64,000 nt of DNA from positions 763-64,762 of the forward strand of contig JBGAOA010000015.1 in NCBI GenBank assembly GCA_044222065.1, read 5' to 3'. Below the pieces are notes generated by a model. The model was given only the letters and a program-made list of their open reading frames with translations, searched no databases and was not told where the DNA came from. The DNA comes from Candidatus Eiseniibacteriota bacterium. GTDB lineage: Bacteria > Eisenbacteria > RBG-16-71-46. The number at the start of each line of letters is the position of its first letter. Positions within the stretch are counted from its first letter, which is position 1. Positions 47,517 through 56,548 of the stretch are shown piece after piece. The position numbers were made by a program, and so were the translations under genes.

Positions 47517-49121
47517 ATGAAACCGCTTTCGATCGTCCACGTCGCGAGCGAGATGGCGCCGCTCGCCAAGGTCGGCGGGCTCGCCGACGTCGTCGGCGCG
47601 CTCGCCGTCGAACAGGCGCGGCGCGGCCACCGCGTCACCGTCGTCCTGCCGGCGTACCAGTCGGTCGCGATGCCGGCGGGCTGGATCCGCCGCGCGTTCG
47701 CGAACGGCCGCGTGCCGTGGGGACCGTGGAGCGAACCCGCGCGCTGGGATCTCGCCGAGCGCCCGGCGCGGCGCCGCACGAACGGCATCGCGCGCCCCGA
47801 AACGGGCACCGTGCTCGACGCGGGCGGCGACGCGGGCACGCTGCGCGTGCTGCTCGTCGAACACGAGGGCGACCGCCGCTTCTTCGACCGGCCCGGCCTC
47901 TACGACGACCCGCGCACGGGGGAAGGCTATCCGGACAACGCCGAGCGCTACCTGTTCTTCGCGCGCGCCGCGGTCGAGGGGCTCAAGCACTTCGGCGAGC
48001 GCTTCGACGTGCTGCACGCGCACGACCAGCAGGGCGCGTGGACGACGTGCTTCGTGCGCACGCACGACGCGTTCGAGTCGGCGTTCCTCGGGCTCGCGAC
48101 CGTGTTCACGATCCACAACCTCGGCTACCAGGGCATCCACGATCCGTGGGTGCTCGGCCTCGCCGGCTTCGGCGGCGAACTGTTCTACCCGGCGAGCCCG
48201 TTCGAGTACTGGGGGCGCGTCAACACGATGAAGATCGGGCTCGCGTTCACCGACCTGATCACGACCGTGAGTCCGCGCTACGCGAAGGAGATCCAGTCGA
48301 GCGGCGAGTTCGGCTACGGCCTCGAAGGGGTGCTGAAGCACCGCACGGCCGACGTGCGCGGCATCCTGAACGGCATCGACGACGAGTACTGGGACCCGGC
48401 GCGCGACCCGTACCTGCCCGCGCACTACTCACTCGCGGATCTCTCGGGCAAGCGCGAGTGCCGCCGGGCGCTCATCGAGGAGTGCGGCTGGCCGCGCAGC
48501 CCCGACTGGCCGATCGTCGGCATCGTGTCGCGCCTCGTCGAGCAGAAGGGCTTCGACCTGATCGAGCGCGCGCAGCGCGAATTGCGCGAAGTGGACGCGC
48601 GGCTCGTCGTGCTCGGCTCGGGCCCGCCGCGCTACCAGGACCTGATCTGGCGGCTGAGCCACGAACATCCCGAGCGCGTCTACCACCGCGCCGGCTACGA
48701 CGAGCGCTTCGCGCACCTGATCGAGGCCGGCAGCGACCTGTTCCTGATGCCCTCGCGCTACGAACCGTGCGGACTCAACCAGATGTACAGCCAGCGCTAC
48801 GGCACGGTGCCGGTCGTGCGCGCGGTCGGCGGGCTCGCGGACACGGTCGAGGAATTCGATCCCGTGCACGGCACCGGCACCGGCTTCACGTTCGCGCGCT
48901 TCGACCACCACGAGATGCTCGGCGCTCTGCGGCGCGCGCTCGCGACGCTCAAGCAGCCCGCGTTGTGGTCGCGCCTCGTCGAGAACGGCATGAAGCGCGA
49001 CTTCTCGTGGCGGCGGGCGGCCGAGGCCTACGACGCGCTCTACCTCGAGGCCCGCGCGCGCGTCGCCGAACACGGCGCCCCGTCGCTGCGCGAAGTGCGC
49101 GAGATGATGCGGGCGGGGTAG
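47517..49121 (+). CDS. glgA: Glycogen/starch synthase (ADP-glucose type, GT5)
   Basis: 'IVHVASEMAPLAKVGGLADVV' KXGGL motif, 'RYEPCGLNQMY'. 534 aa. Confidence 0.85.
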   Translation: MKPLSIVHVASEMAPLAKVGGLADVVGALAVEQARRGHRVTVVLPAYQSVAMPAGWIRRAFANGRVPWGPWSEPARWDLAERPARRRTNGIARPETGTVLDAGGDAGTLRVLLVEHEGDRRFFDRPGLYDDPRTGEGYPDNAERYLFFARAAVEGLKHFGERFDVLHAHDQQGAWTTCFVRTHDAFESAFLGLATVFTIHNLGYQGIHDPWVLGLAGFGGELFYPASPFEYWGRVNTMKIGLAFTDLITTVSPRYAKEIQSSGEFGYGLEGVLKHRTADVRGILNGIDDEYWDPARDPYLPAHYSLADLSGKRECRRALIEECGWPRSPDWPIVGIVSRLVEQKGFDLIERAQRELREVDARLVVLGSGPPRYQDLIWRLSHEHPERVYHRAGYDERFAHLIEAGSDLFLMPSRYEPCGLNQMYSQRYGTVPVVRAVGGLADTVEEFDPVHGTGTGFTFARFDHHEMLGALRRALATLKQPALWSRLVENGMKRDFSWRRAAEAYDALYLEARARVAEHGAPSLREVREMMRAG

Positions 49122-49128
49122 GGGCCGG

Positions 49129-49386
49129 CTACTTCCCGCGCACGCGTTCGACGAGCTTCGCGATCGAGCGGACGCTCTCGAAGTGCTCCGGCAGCACGTC
49201 GTCGTCCGGGATCGTGATGCCGAACTGCTCCTCGCAGAACGTCACGGTCTTGAGGATCGAGAGCGAGTCGAGCAGCCCGCGCTCGAGCAGGGATTCGTCC
49301 GGTCCGAGGTCCTTCAGGTCGCGGTCGTAGAACACGTCGTCCACGAGGAAGTCGCGGATCGCGGATTCGGTCGGCGTCAGTTCCAT
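49129..49386 (-). CDS. Acyl carrier protein
   Basis: 85 aa, 'GLLDSLSIL' phosphopantetheine-attachment Ser motif. Its context with the ligase, ACAD and hydrolases fits the XrtA-associated acyl module. Confidence 0.8.
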   Translation of the reverse strand: MELTPTESAIRDFLVDDVFYDRDLKDLGPDESLLERGLLDSLSILKTVTFCEEQFGITIPDDDVLPEHFESVRSIAKLVERVRGK

Positions 49387-49456
49387 CGGTCGTTCCTGCG
49401 TTGCGGGTCGTCGTTGGCCGGCGCGGCGGGCCCGCGGGCGGCGTGGGCGGGGGACA

Positions 49457-51037
49457 TTACACGGAAGCGTCGGTGAGCGCGCGGCGATCCACCTTGCCGC
49501 TGCTCGTGCGGGGCAGGTCGGTCCGGAACACGACCGTCTCGGGAACCATGTAGCGCGGCAGCGTGCCGGCGCAGTGCTGCTTCAGGTCGTCGGCGCTCGC
49601 GGTCTCGTTCGCCTTGAGCACGACGACCGCCTGCAGCCGGTTCGTGATCTCTTCGTCGGGGATCGCGACGACGACCGCTTCGCTCACCGCCGGGTGCGAG
49701 GCGAGCCGCGTCTCGATCTCGCCCAGCTCGACGCGGTAGCCGCGCGTCTTGACCTGGTGGTCGCGGCGGCCGAGGAACTCGTAGTTCCCATCGGGGCGCA
49801 CGCGCACGAGGTCTCCCGTGCGGTAGGCGCGGTCGCCGATCCCGGGCGCGACCTCGACGGTCTGGAGGCTCAACGCCGTGCGCTCCGGGCGTCCCCAGTA
49901 GCCGTGCATCACCGAGGCGCCGCGGATCCACAGCTCGCCGACGCCGCCCTCGGGCACGGGCTTCAGCGCCTCGTCGAGCACGAGCCCCTCGTCGTACGGG
50001 CACGCGCGCCCGATCGGCAGCGGCGCGTCGCCCTCGGGCGGACCGTCGAGGTCGTAGTACGTGCACACGTTCGTCTCGGTCGGGCCGTAGAGGTTCGCGT
50101 AGCGCGCGTGCGGGGCGATCGCCACGAGCTCGCGCAGGTACTTGACCGGGAACACCTCGCCCGCGAACAGCAGCACGCGCAGCGCGGCGAGGTCGAGCTT
50201 CGCGAGGTTGCCGCGCGTGAGCATCAGGATCAGCGAACTCGGCGTCGCGTACCACACGCTGAGCCGGTCCTGCGCCCACTGCTTCGCGACCGCCGCGGGG
50301 AACGACGCGATCCGCGGCGAGACGGGCCACACGCTCGCACCCGCGACGGCGGCGGCGAACAGGTCGAAGGTCGAGAGGTCGAAATGGAACGGCGCCTGGT
50401 TCGCGCAGCGGTCCTCGGGGCCGAGCCCGTAGTGGCGCGCGGCCCACTCGACGAAGCACAGCGCGTTGCGGTGCGACAGCATGACGCCCTTCGGCTCGCC
50501 CGTGGAGCCCGAGGTGTAGAGCACGTAGGCGAGGTCGTCCTCGAGCGCGCCGCCGTCCACGGCCGCGTCGCCCTCGGACTCGAGCGCGCCCCACGCGACG
50601 CCCGGGAGTCCCGCGACGCGCGGCAGGCCCTCGTCGCCCGCCGCGTCCGCGTACCACAGCGCGCGCATCGGCGCGTCGCGGCCGAACGCCTCGTCGAGCG
50701 CGGCCGCGCGATCGGCGCGCGTGACGAGGCCCGCGACGCCGCAGTCGCGCGCGATGAACGCGAGCCGCGCCGCCGGCGCCGACGGATCCACGGGCACGTA
50801 CGCCGCGCCCGCCTTCATCACCCCGTAGAGCGCGACGATCGCCTCGGGCGACTTCGGCAGCCACAGCGCGACGCGGTCGCCGCGCCGCACGCCGCGCGCG
50901 GCGAGCGAGCGCGCGAAGCGGTTCGACGCGCTCTCGAGCGCCGCGTAGCTCAGCGTGCGCCCTTCCATCGCGACCGCGAGCGAATCGGGCCGCGCGTGGG
51001 CGGCGTCCGCGACGAGTTCGAAGAGCCGGCGCGCCAT
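49457..51037 (-). CDS. AMP-dependent synthetase/ligase (acyl-CoA / acyl-ACP ligase), exosortase-A-associated type
   Basis: 'YTSGSTGEPKGV' AMP-binding motif I, 'YRTGDL' and 'LPRTSSGKVDR'. ATG at 51035-51037. The upstream 340 aa of the track ORF are artefact. Confidence 0.85.
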   Translation of the reverse strand: MARRLFELVADAAHARPDSLAVAMEGRTLSYAALESASNRFARSLAARGVRRGDRVALWLPKSPEAIVALYGVMKAGAAYVPVDPSAPAARLAFIARDCGVAGLVTRADRAAALDEAFGRDAPMRALWYADAAGDEGLPRVAGLPGVAWGALESEGDAAVDGGALEDDLAYVLYTSGSTGEPKGVMLSHRNALCFVEWAARHYGLGPEDRCANQAPFHFDLSTFDLFAAAVAGASVWPVSPRIASFPAAVAKQWAQDRLSVWYATPSSLILMLTRGNLAKLDLAALRVLLFAGEVFPVKYLRELVAIAPHARYANLYGPTETNVCTYYDLDGPPEGDAPLPIGRACPYDEGLVLDEALKPVPEGGVGELWIRGASVMHGYWGRPERTALSLQTVEVAPGIGDRAYRTGDLVRVRPDGNYEFLGRRDHQVKTRGYRVELGEIETRLASHPAVSEAVVVAIPDEEITNRLQAVVVLKANETASADDLKQHCAGTLPRYMVPETVVFRTDLPRTSSGKVDRRALTDASV

Positions 51038-51039
51038 CG

Positions 51040-52188
51040 TCACAGCCCGAGGCAGCGCGCGATGATCTTGCGCTGCATCTCGGAGGTCCCCGAGTAGAGC
51101 GTGCCCGAGAGCGCGTCGCGCACCTCGCGCTCGATCGGGTACTCCTTCATGTAGCCGTAGCCGCCGTAGAGCTGCAGCGCGTCGAGCGCGGCCTTCGAGT
51201 GCATCTCGCTCACGAACAGCTTCGCGATCGCCGACTCGAGCACCGTGTTCTTGCCGCGGCCCGCGAGCCAGCCGACGCGGTAGAGCAGGAAGCGTCCGGC
51301 CTCGATCGCGACCTTCATGTCCGCGATGCGGTCGGCGATGGACTCGAACTTCGCGATCGGCTGGCCGAACTGGCGGCGCTTCTTCGCGTAGCCGATGCAG
51401 TCGTCCAGCAGCCGGTCCATCGCGCCGAGGTGGCCCGCGAAGATGCAGGCGCGCTCCCACTCCATCGCGCTGTTGAAGATGCGCATGCCCGCGCCCTCCG
51501 GGCCGAGACGCGCACCCTCGGGCACGAAGCAGTCCTCGAACACGACCTCGCCCATGGGCGAGGTGCGCAGGCCCATCTTCGGGATCGGCTTCGAGAACGT
51601 GACGCCCTTCGTTCCGCGCGGGACGAGGAACGCCGTCAGCGCCCGCGGCTTGCCGTCGCCGCGGTCGAGGTAGGCGAACGCGAGCGCGAGGTCGGCGATC
51701 GGCGAGTTCGTCGAGAAAGTCTTCTGGCCGTTCAGCACGTAGCCGCCGTCCGCCTTCACGCAGCGCGAGGTGAGCGAGAACACGTCGCTGCCCGCGCCGG
51801 GCTCCGTGATCGCGTGCGCGCCGATCGCGGCGCCCGAGACGAGCTTCGGCAGCCACTCGCGCTTCTGCGCCTCGCTGCCGTAGTGGACGAGCGGCATCTG
51901 CACGGCCCACATCTGCGCGTTGAGGCTGAACACGAGGCCGTTGTCGCGGCAGCCGCAGCCGAGCGCCTCCATCGCGATCGTCGTCGTGAGCAGGTCGAGG
52001 CCCTGGCCGCCGTACTCGGCCGGCACCGGCAGTCCGAGGACGCCGAACTCGGCGCACGCGTTCCAGCAGTCGCGCGGAAACGCGCCTTCGTGGTCGCGCG
52101 CCTCGAGCCCGTCGTTGAGCCGCTCCTTCGCGAACTCACGCACCGTCCGGTACAGCTCCCGCTGCTCGTCGCTCAACGCGAAGTCCAC
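51040..52188 (-). CDS. Acyl-CoA dehydrogenase family protein
   Basis: 'FALSDEQRELYRTVREFAKE', 'ITEPGAGSDV', C-terminal 'LYGGYGYMKEYPIER'. GTG start with a GGAGG RBS. The stop is 2 nt before the ligase start. Confidence 0.8.
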   Translation of the reverse strand: MDFALSDEQRELYRTVREFAKERLNDGLEARDHEGAFPRDCWNACAEFGVLGLPVPAEYGGQGLDLLTTTIAMEALGCGCRDNGLVFSLNAQMWAVQMPLVHYGSEAQKREWLPKLVSGAAIGAHAITEPGAGSDVFSLTSRCVKADGGYVLNGQKTFSTNSPIADLALAFAYLDRGDGKPRALTAFLVPRGTKGVTFSKPIPKMGLRTSPMGEVVFEDCFVPEGARLGPEGAGMRIFNSAMEWERACIFAGHLGAMDRLLDDCIGYAKKRRQFGQPIAKFESIADRIADMKVAIEAGRFLLYRVGWLAGRGKNTVLESAIAKLFVSEMHSKAALDALQLYGGYGYMKEYPIEREVRDALSGTLYSGTSEMQRKIIARCLGL

Positions 52189-53141
52189 GGCGCCTCCGCC
52201 CCGTGGCCGTTCGATGCGGCCGCGCGGGATTGGGGATGGAACGTACGGATCCACTCGAGCGTGCGCGCCAGCACGCGGCGCTGCACGTCGAGCGTCAGGA
52301 AGCCGTGCACTTCGCCGGGCCACACTTCGACGTCGAAGCGCGCGGCGGTGGACGGCGGGATGCGGGCGAACACGGTGTCGAGCGCGACCTTGAACGTCGC
52401 GGTCTCCTGGTCCGACTCGCCGTAGAGGAACAGCGCGCGGGCGTCCGAGCGGACGAGCGCGCGGAAGTGCATCACGAAGCTGTCGGCGAGCGGCGTGTCG
52501 TTGCGCTCCTCCGAGGCCGCGCGCCCGCCGAGCGCGCGGCGCGTCACGCGCGACAGCACGATCGCCATGTGGCGCCAGCGCTCCGCGCTGCCGAGCGACT
52601 TCCAGTTGTCCGGGTTGCGCAGCGCGCGGAACAGGTGGCCGAAGTCCTTCTCGTCGGCGTGCGCGGCGACCATCGTGTGCAGCTCCATGACCGGCGCGGC
52701 CATGAACACGATGCCGTCGATCGCGGACGGCGACTCCATGAAGCCCGACAGCGCGGTGCGCGCGTCGAAGCACGAGCCGACGAGCACGAAGCGCTGTTCG
52801 TGACGTTCCTTCCGCAGCCAGCGCATCACGGCGATCGTGTCGTCGAGGTAGGGCCGGTTCGGATTCAGGAACGAGCGCGTGCCCTCGCTGTCGCCGCAGC
52901 CGTGGTAGTCGAAGCGCAGCGCCGAGAAGCCGCGCACCGCGAGTTCGCGCGCGAGCTCGACCATCATGCGGTTGCGGTGGCCGCGCGGGCGCGTGAACAG
53001 CACGACGCAGCGTCCCGCCGGGGGAGCGCCCGGGGCGGGCGGCGTGTAGATCGCGAACAGCCGGCCGTGCTCGGCCGGGATCGTGACGGCCTCCTCGGCG
53101 CGCGCGCGCTCGAGCTGCGCCGCCGACTCACGCCAGTCCAC
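52173..53141 (-). CDS. Alpha/beta hydrolase (exosortase-A-system-associated hydrolase type)
   Basis: 'VVLFTRPRGHRNRMMVELARELAVRGFSALRFDYHGCGDSEG' and a 'LVGSCFDA' nucleophile-elbow variant. GTG start. The stop overlaps the ACAD start by 16 nt. Confidence 0.65.
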   Translation of the reverse strand: MDWRESAAQLERARAEEAVTIPAEHGRLFAIYTPPAPGAPPAGRCVVLFTRPRGHRNRMMVELARELAVRGFSALRFDYHGCGDSEGTRSFLNPNRPYLDDTIAVMRWLRKERHEQRFVLVGSCFDARTALSGFMESPSAIDGIVFMAAPVMELHTMVAAHADEKDFGHLFRALRNPDNWKSLGSAERWRHMAIVLSRVTRRALGGRAASEERNDTPLADSFVMHFRALVRSDARALFLYGESDQETATFKVALDTVFARIPPSTAARFDVEVWPGEVHGFLTLDVQRRVLARTLEWIRTFHPQSRAAASNGHGAEAPWTSR

Positions 53142-53997
53142 GGAGCCACTCCACGGTGCCGCGCGCGAGCGCGTCGCTCTCCCACGCGGGATTCGAGATG
53201 AAGTGCCAGCCCGGCTCCTCGCCGACGATGAGCGTGCGGATCGGCAGGCTGCGCGATTCCAGGAGCGCCGCGAGCGTCGCGTTCGGCGGCGAGAGCTTCG
53301 CGCGCGACTGGATCTGCGCGAGCAGCGTCGCGCCGCGCCACGACTCGAGCAGGCGCGACAGCTCGACCGCCTCGAAGCTGCGCACGAGCGTGCGGTGGAG
53401 CGCGTAGCCGTGCACGTCCGTCGCGCCGTCGCGTTCGACGCGCTCGAGCAGCTCCTCGACCGTCGCCTCCGGCTTCTTGCCCGCCGCGACCTGCGAGTAC
53501 AGGAGGCCGCGCAACTGGCCGCGGAAGTAGTCCACCGGCCGGTGCACGGGTTCCCACAGCGCGAGTCCGGTGCGGTCGCCGCGGCGCCGGGCCGCTTCGG
53601 CGGCGACGAGCGCGCCGAGCCGCGCTCCGAGCCACACGACCTCGCTCGCGCCGCTCCTCTTCCGCGCTTCGTCGGCTGCGGACAGCGCGTCCTCGACCAG
53701 GCCCTCGAACGTCACGTCGGCGAAATCACCGGCCGAGTCGCCGTGCCCGCGGGCGTGGTAGCGCAGCACGGGCACGCCGGCCTGCGCCGCGAGCCGCGCG
53801 GTCACGACCTCGATGCCGTACAGCGTCATCTGTTCGACGCCCGCGCTGTGCACGCACACGAGCACGCGCGCCGATGGACGCTTCGCGGCGTGGTGGACGG
53901 CGTACAGCGGACGGCCCGAAGCCTCGAAAAAGAAAGGCGTTTCGGCGGCGGCGACAGGGGCGAACGGACGAACGGCGGTCGAGCCCGGGGAGACCAT
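53128..53997 (-). CDS. Alpha/beta hydrolase (second exosortase-A-system-associated hydrolase type)
   Basis: 'VLVCVHSAGVEQ...RYHARGHGDSAG' and a 'WLGARLGA' nucleophile-elbow-like region. AAGGAGA RBS. Overlaps the downstream hydrolase by 14 nt. Confidence 0.65.
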   Translation of the reverse strand: MVSPGSTAVRPFAPVAAAETPFFFEASGRPLYAVHHAAKRPSARVLVCVHSAGVEQMTLYGIEVVTARLAAQAGVPVLRYHARGHGDSAGDFADVTFEGLVEDALSAADEARKRSGASEVVWLGARLGALVAAEAARRRGDRTGLALWEPVHRPVDYFRGQLRGLLYSQVAAGKKPEATVEELLERVERDGATDVHGYALHRTLVRSFEAVELSRLLESWRGATLLAQIQSRAKLSPPNATLAALLESRSLPIRTLIVGEEPGWHFISNPAWESDALARGTVEWLRGLA

Positions 53998-54158
53998 GCT
54001 CTCCTTCGCGCGGCGTGGGGGAGTCGGCGGGAAAAGTGCGGAAAACTCTACGGGCTCGTGCCCGGGGCGTCAACGACCGAGGGCCCGGGAAGCCGCGCCG
54101 GACGCGGGCGCGCGCGCAGACGGCACGACGCGCTCCGGCCGCGTTGCGAAACGCGCGC

Positions 54159-54182
54159 GGGGCGCCTCCGGAGAGGCGCCCC
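54159..54182 (-). terminator. Perfect 10-bp stem / 4-nt loop hairpin downstream of the secreted-protein gene
   Basis: GGGGCGCCTC-cgga-GAGGCGCCCC at 54159-54182, about 19 nt after the stop at 54201 on the minus strand. The downstream sequence GCGCGCGTTTCG gives only a weak U-tract. Confidence 0.45.
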
Positions 54183-54200
54183 GCGGCGTGAGGGGAGGCG

Positions 54201-56456
54201 TCAGCGCGAGCGCAGCATCGCGACCTTGTTCGAGAACACGCGTCCGTTCACCGACGCGCGCACGAAGTAGAGGCCGTCCGCGACCTGCCCCGCCGCGCCA
54301 CGACCGTCCCAGCGGAAGGTGTGGCGCCCGGCGGCGAACGCTCCGTGCGCCAGCGTCGTAATGCGGCGGCCGCTCAAGTCGTGGACCGAGACGTCGACCG
54401 AGGCCGCCTCGGCGAGCTCGAGCGAGAACGACGTCGAACTCGCGAACGGATTCGGCACCGCCGGCGAGATCGAGGGGAACGGCGGCATCAGCGGCGCCGG
54501 CAGTTCGACTTCGAGCGCGACGCCGTTCGCGTCCGTGAACTCGCCGCCCGTGACGCCGAACGAGCCGCCCGCGGTCTGGCCCGACCGGAGCGCGAGCCGG
54601 ACGCGCGCGTGGACGTCGGGGCTCCCGGGCCGGACGGTCGAGAAGTCGTCCACCGCGAGCAGTCCCAGCGCGAGCGCGTTCGAGCCCGTTTCGTGCAGCG
54701 ACATCCAGCCCGACTCGCCGACCTCGGTGCCGATCACGTCGAAGCGGTCGAGCGGCAGCGAGAGATCGAGTCGCGCCGCGCCGAGCCCGATGCCGCCGCG
54801 GAACGTCACGGGCAGCACCCAGTCCGCGCCGTCGCGTTCGAGCGCACCGAGTTCGATCGCCACCTCGGGCGCCGGGCGTCCGTGCGTCGTGTCGCCCGGA
54901 GCGCGGCGCAGGATGCGGCGCGCGCAGCACATCACGTCGTCGAGCGCGAACGTGCTGTCGTCGTCGCAGTCGTAGCGCAGCGAGTCGGGGCACTGGCGGT
55001 GCAGGCAGCGGATCATCGTGACGAGGTCCCGCACGTCGCTCCGGCCGTCGCCGTTCGCGTCGCACGGCCGGTCGGCGCAGATGCGCGCGACGGAGGGCAG
55101 CGGCACGACGGCGGCGATCTCGGGGCACTGCGGGACCGCGCGGCTCAGCGTGTCGGCGCCGAGCAGCTCGGTCGCGTGGAGCCGCGTGACGTCCGGCGCG
55201 GTCGCGCCGGGCGCGATCGTCACCGTGACGTCCAGGAACGGCAGCCCCGCCGCCGGGAACGGATTCGGAGGCATCGAGTCGTTCGCGACCGACGCCGCAG
55301 GCCGCCGCGGTCCGCTTCCGGCGGGCGTGCCGTCCGCGGAGAACATCACGAACTCGGCGCCGTCCTCCACGACGTTCCACGTCAGCGTCCAGCCGGCGGT
55401 GGCCGGAGTCGTCGCGAGCGCCGCGATCCGCAGCGCGTCGCTCGAGAGCCGCAGCCGTCCCTGGAGCCCTGCGATCGCCGCGTCGGAACGAATTCGCAGC
55501 GTGAGCTCCGCCGGCTGCTCGGGCGACACCGTCGCGTCGCACGCAGGCGGCCCGAGGAGGTGCCAGTTCGGCGACAGGCACGACTCGCCCGGAGGCGGCG
55601 GTCCGCACGCGCTGTCGCTCGCCACCGAAAACGCGGTCGCGGCGAAGTACTGCGGCGGGATCGGCGTCGAGTCCGGCGGACAGGACACGACCGCCATCGT
55701 CGCGCCGAGCACGTAGCTCCCGCTCGGAAGCGGCGGCATCACGAGCTTCTTCACGAACGAGACCGGCTCCTGCACGCACGGCCGCCCGAGGCAGCCGCCG
55801 TCGTCGACGACCATGTGGAGCACCGGCGGCGGGCAAGGCCACGTGATGCAGTAGACCGGTTCGAGCGCGAGCCGCGCGAAGCGGTAACAATCGCTCGGGA
55901 ACACGCCGTCGATCACGACCACCGGCGAGTCGCTCGGGCACGGGACGCGGCCGTCGCGCGTTTCGACCGCGATGGAGTGGATGAACGGCATCGGCGGCAG
56001 CGAATCGTCACCGCAGCGGGCGGGGATGACGGTTCCCGCGTAGACGCGGGTCGTCTGTTCGCCGCCGCCCGGGAGCCGGGCCACGAGGTCGATGCCGAGC
56101 TGGACGAATCCGGCGTCGAATTCGCCGTAGGTGAGCGCGCGGTGCGATTCGAAGCACGCGTTCGCGCAGCCCGTCACGGCGAGCGGCTCGAACACGACGC
56201 GTGCGCCGCCGTCGCCGAGCTTCGAGATCGAGACGACGTGGACGCACGACTCGCACCAGCGGAATTCGAGTCGCACCGAGTCGGGCGCGCAACCGCGGAC
56301 CGGATGCGCGTGCCAGCGGATCTGGAAGGCGCCGCTGTCCGGCGGAACGGGCGAGGGCAGCGAGTCGGGGGGCGAGCCGAGCGCGCGCGCTTCGGGCGCG
56401 CAACACAGCAGGACGGCCGCCGCGAACGCGGCGGCGAGACGGAGCGGAGTTCGCAT
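54201..56456 (-). CDS. Secreted cysteine-rich protein with a dockerin-like Ca-binding motif and a C-terminal T9SS / FlgD-Ig-like sorting domain
   Basis: Signal peptide 'MRTPLRLAAAFAAAVLLCCAPEARA'. About 25 Cys in the first 400 aa. 'DANGDGRSDVRDL' dockerin-like motif. The C-terminal 'PNPFASSTSFSLEL...VSVHDLSGRRITTLAHGAFAAGRHTFRWDGRG...GLYFVRASVNGRVFSNKVAMLR' matches the Por_Secre_tail / FlgD_ig pattern. Confidence 0.7.
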   Translation of the reverse strand: MRTPLRLAAAFAAAVLLCCAPEARALGSPPDSLPSPVPPDSGAFQIRWHAHPVRGCAPDSVRLEFRWCESCVHVVSISKLGDGGARVVFEPLAVTGCANACFESHRALTYGEFDAGFVQLGIDLVARLPGGGEQTTRVYAGTVIPARCGDDSLPPMPFIHSIAVETRDGRVPCPSDSPVVVIDGVFPSDCYRFARLALEPVYCITWPCPPPVLHMVVDDGGCLGRPCVQEPVSFVKKLVMPPLPSGSYVLGATMAVVSCPPDSTPIPPQYFAATAFSVASDSACGPPPPGESCLSPNWHLLGPPACDATVSPEQPAELTLRIRSDAAIAGLQGRLRLSSDALRIAALATTPATAGWTLTWNVVEDGAEFVMFSADGTPAGSGPRRPAASVANDSMPPNPFPAAGLPFLDVTVTIAPGATAPDVTRLHATELLGADTLSRAVPQCPEIAAVVPLPSVARICADRPCDANGDGRSDVRDLVTMIRCLHRQCPDSLRYDCDDDSTFALDDVMCCARRILRRAPGDTTHGRPAPEVAIELGALERDGADWVLPVTFRGGIGLGAARLDLSLPLDRFDVIGTEVGESGWMSLHETGSNALALGLLAVDDFSTVRPGSPDVHARVRLALRSGQTAGGSFGVTGGEFTDANGVALEVELPAPLMPPFPSISPAVPNPFASSTSFSLELAEAASVDVSVHDLSGRRITTLAHGAFAAGRHTFRWDGRGAAGQVADGLYFVRASVNGRVFSNKVAMLRSR

Positions 56457-56548
56457 ACGGGCCTCGTGTCCCAGGGCAAGGGACGACGTCTGTCGACGAG
56501 CGACCCGGTCGGGTACGTGCGGAATACTCGGACGAATTCGGCGCCGAA

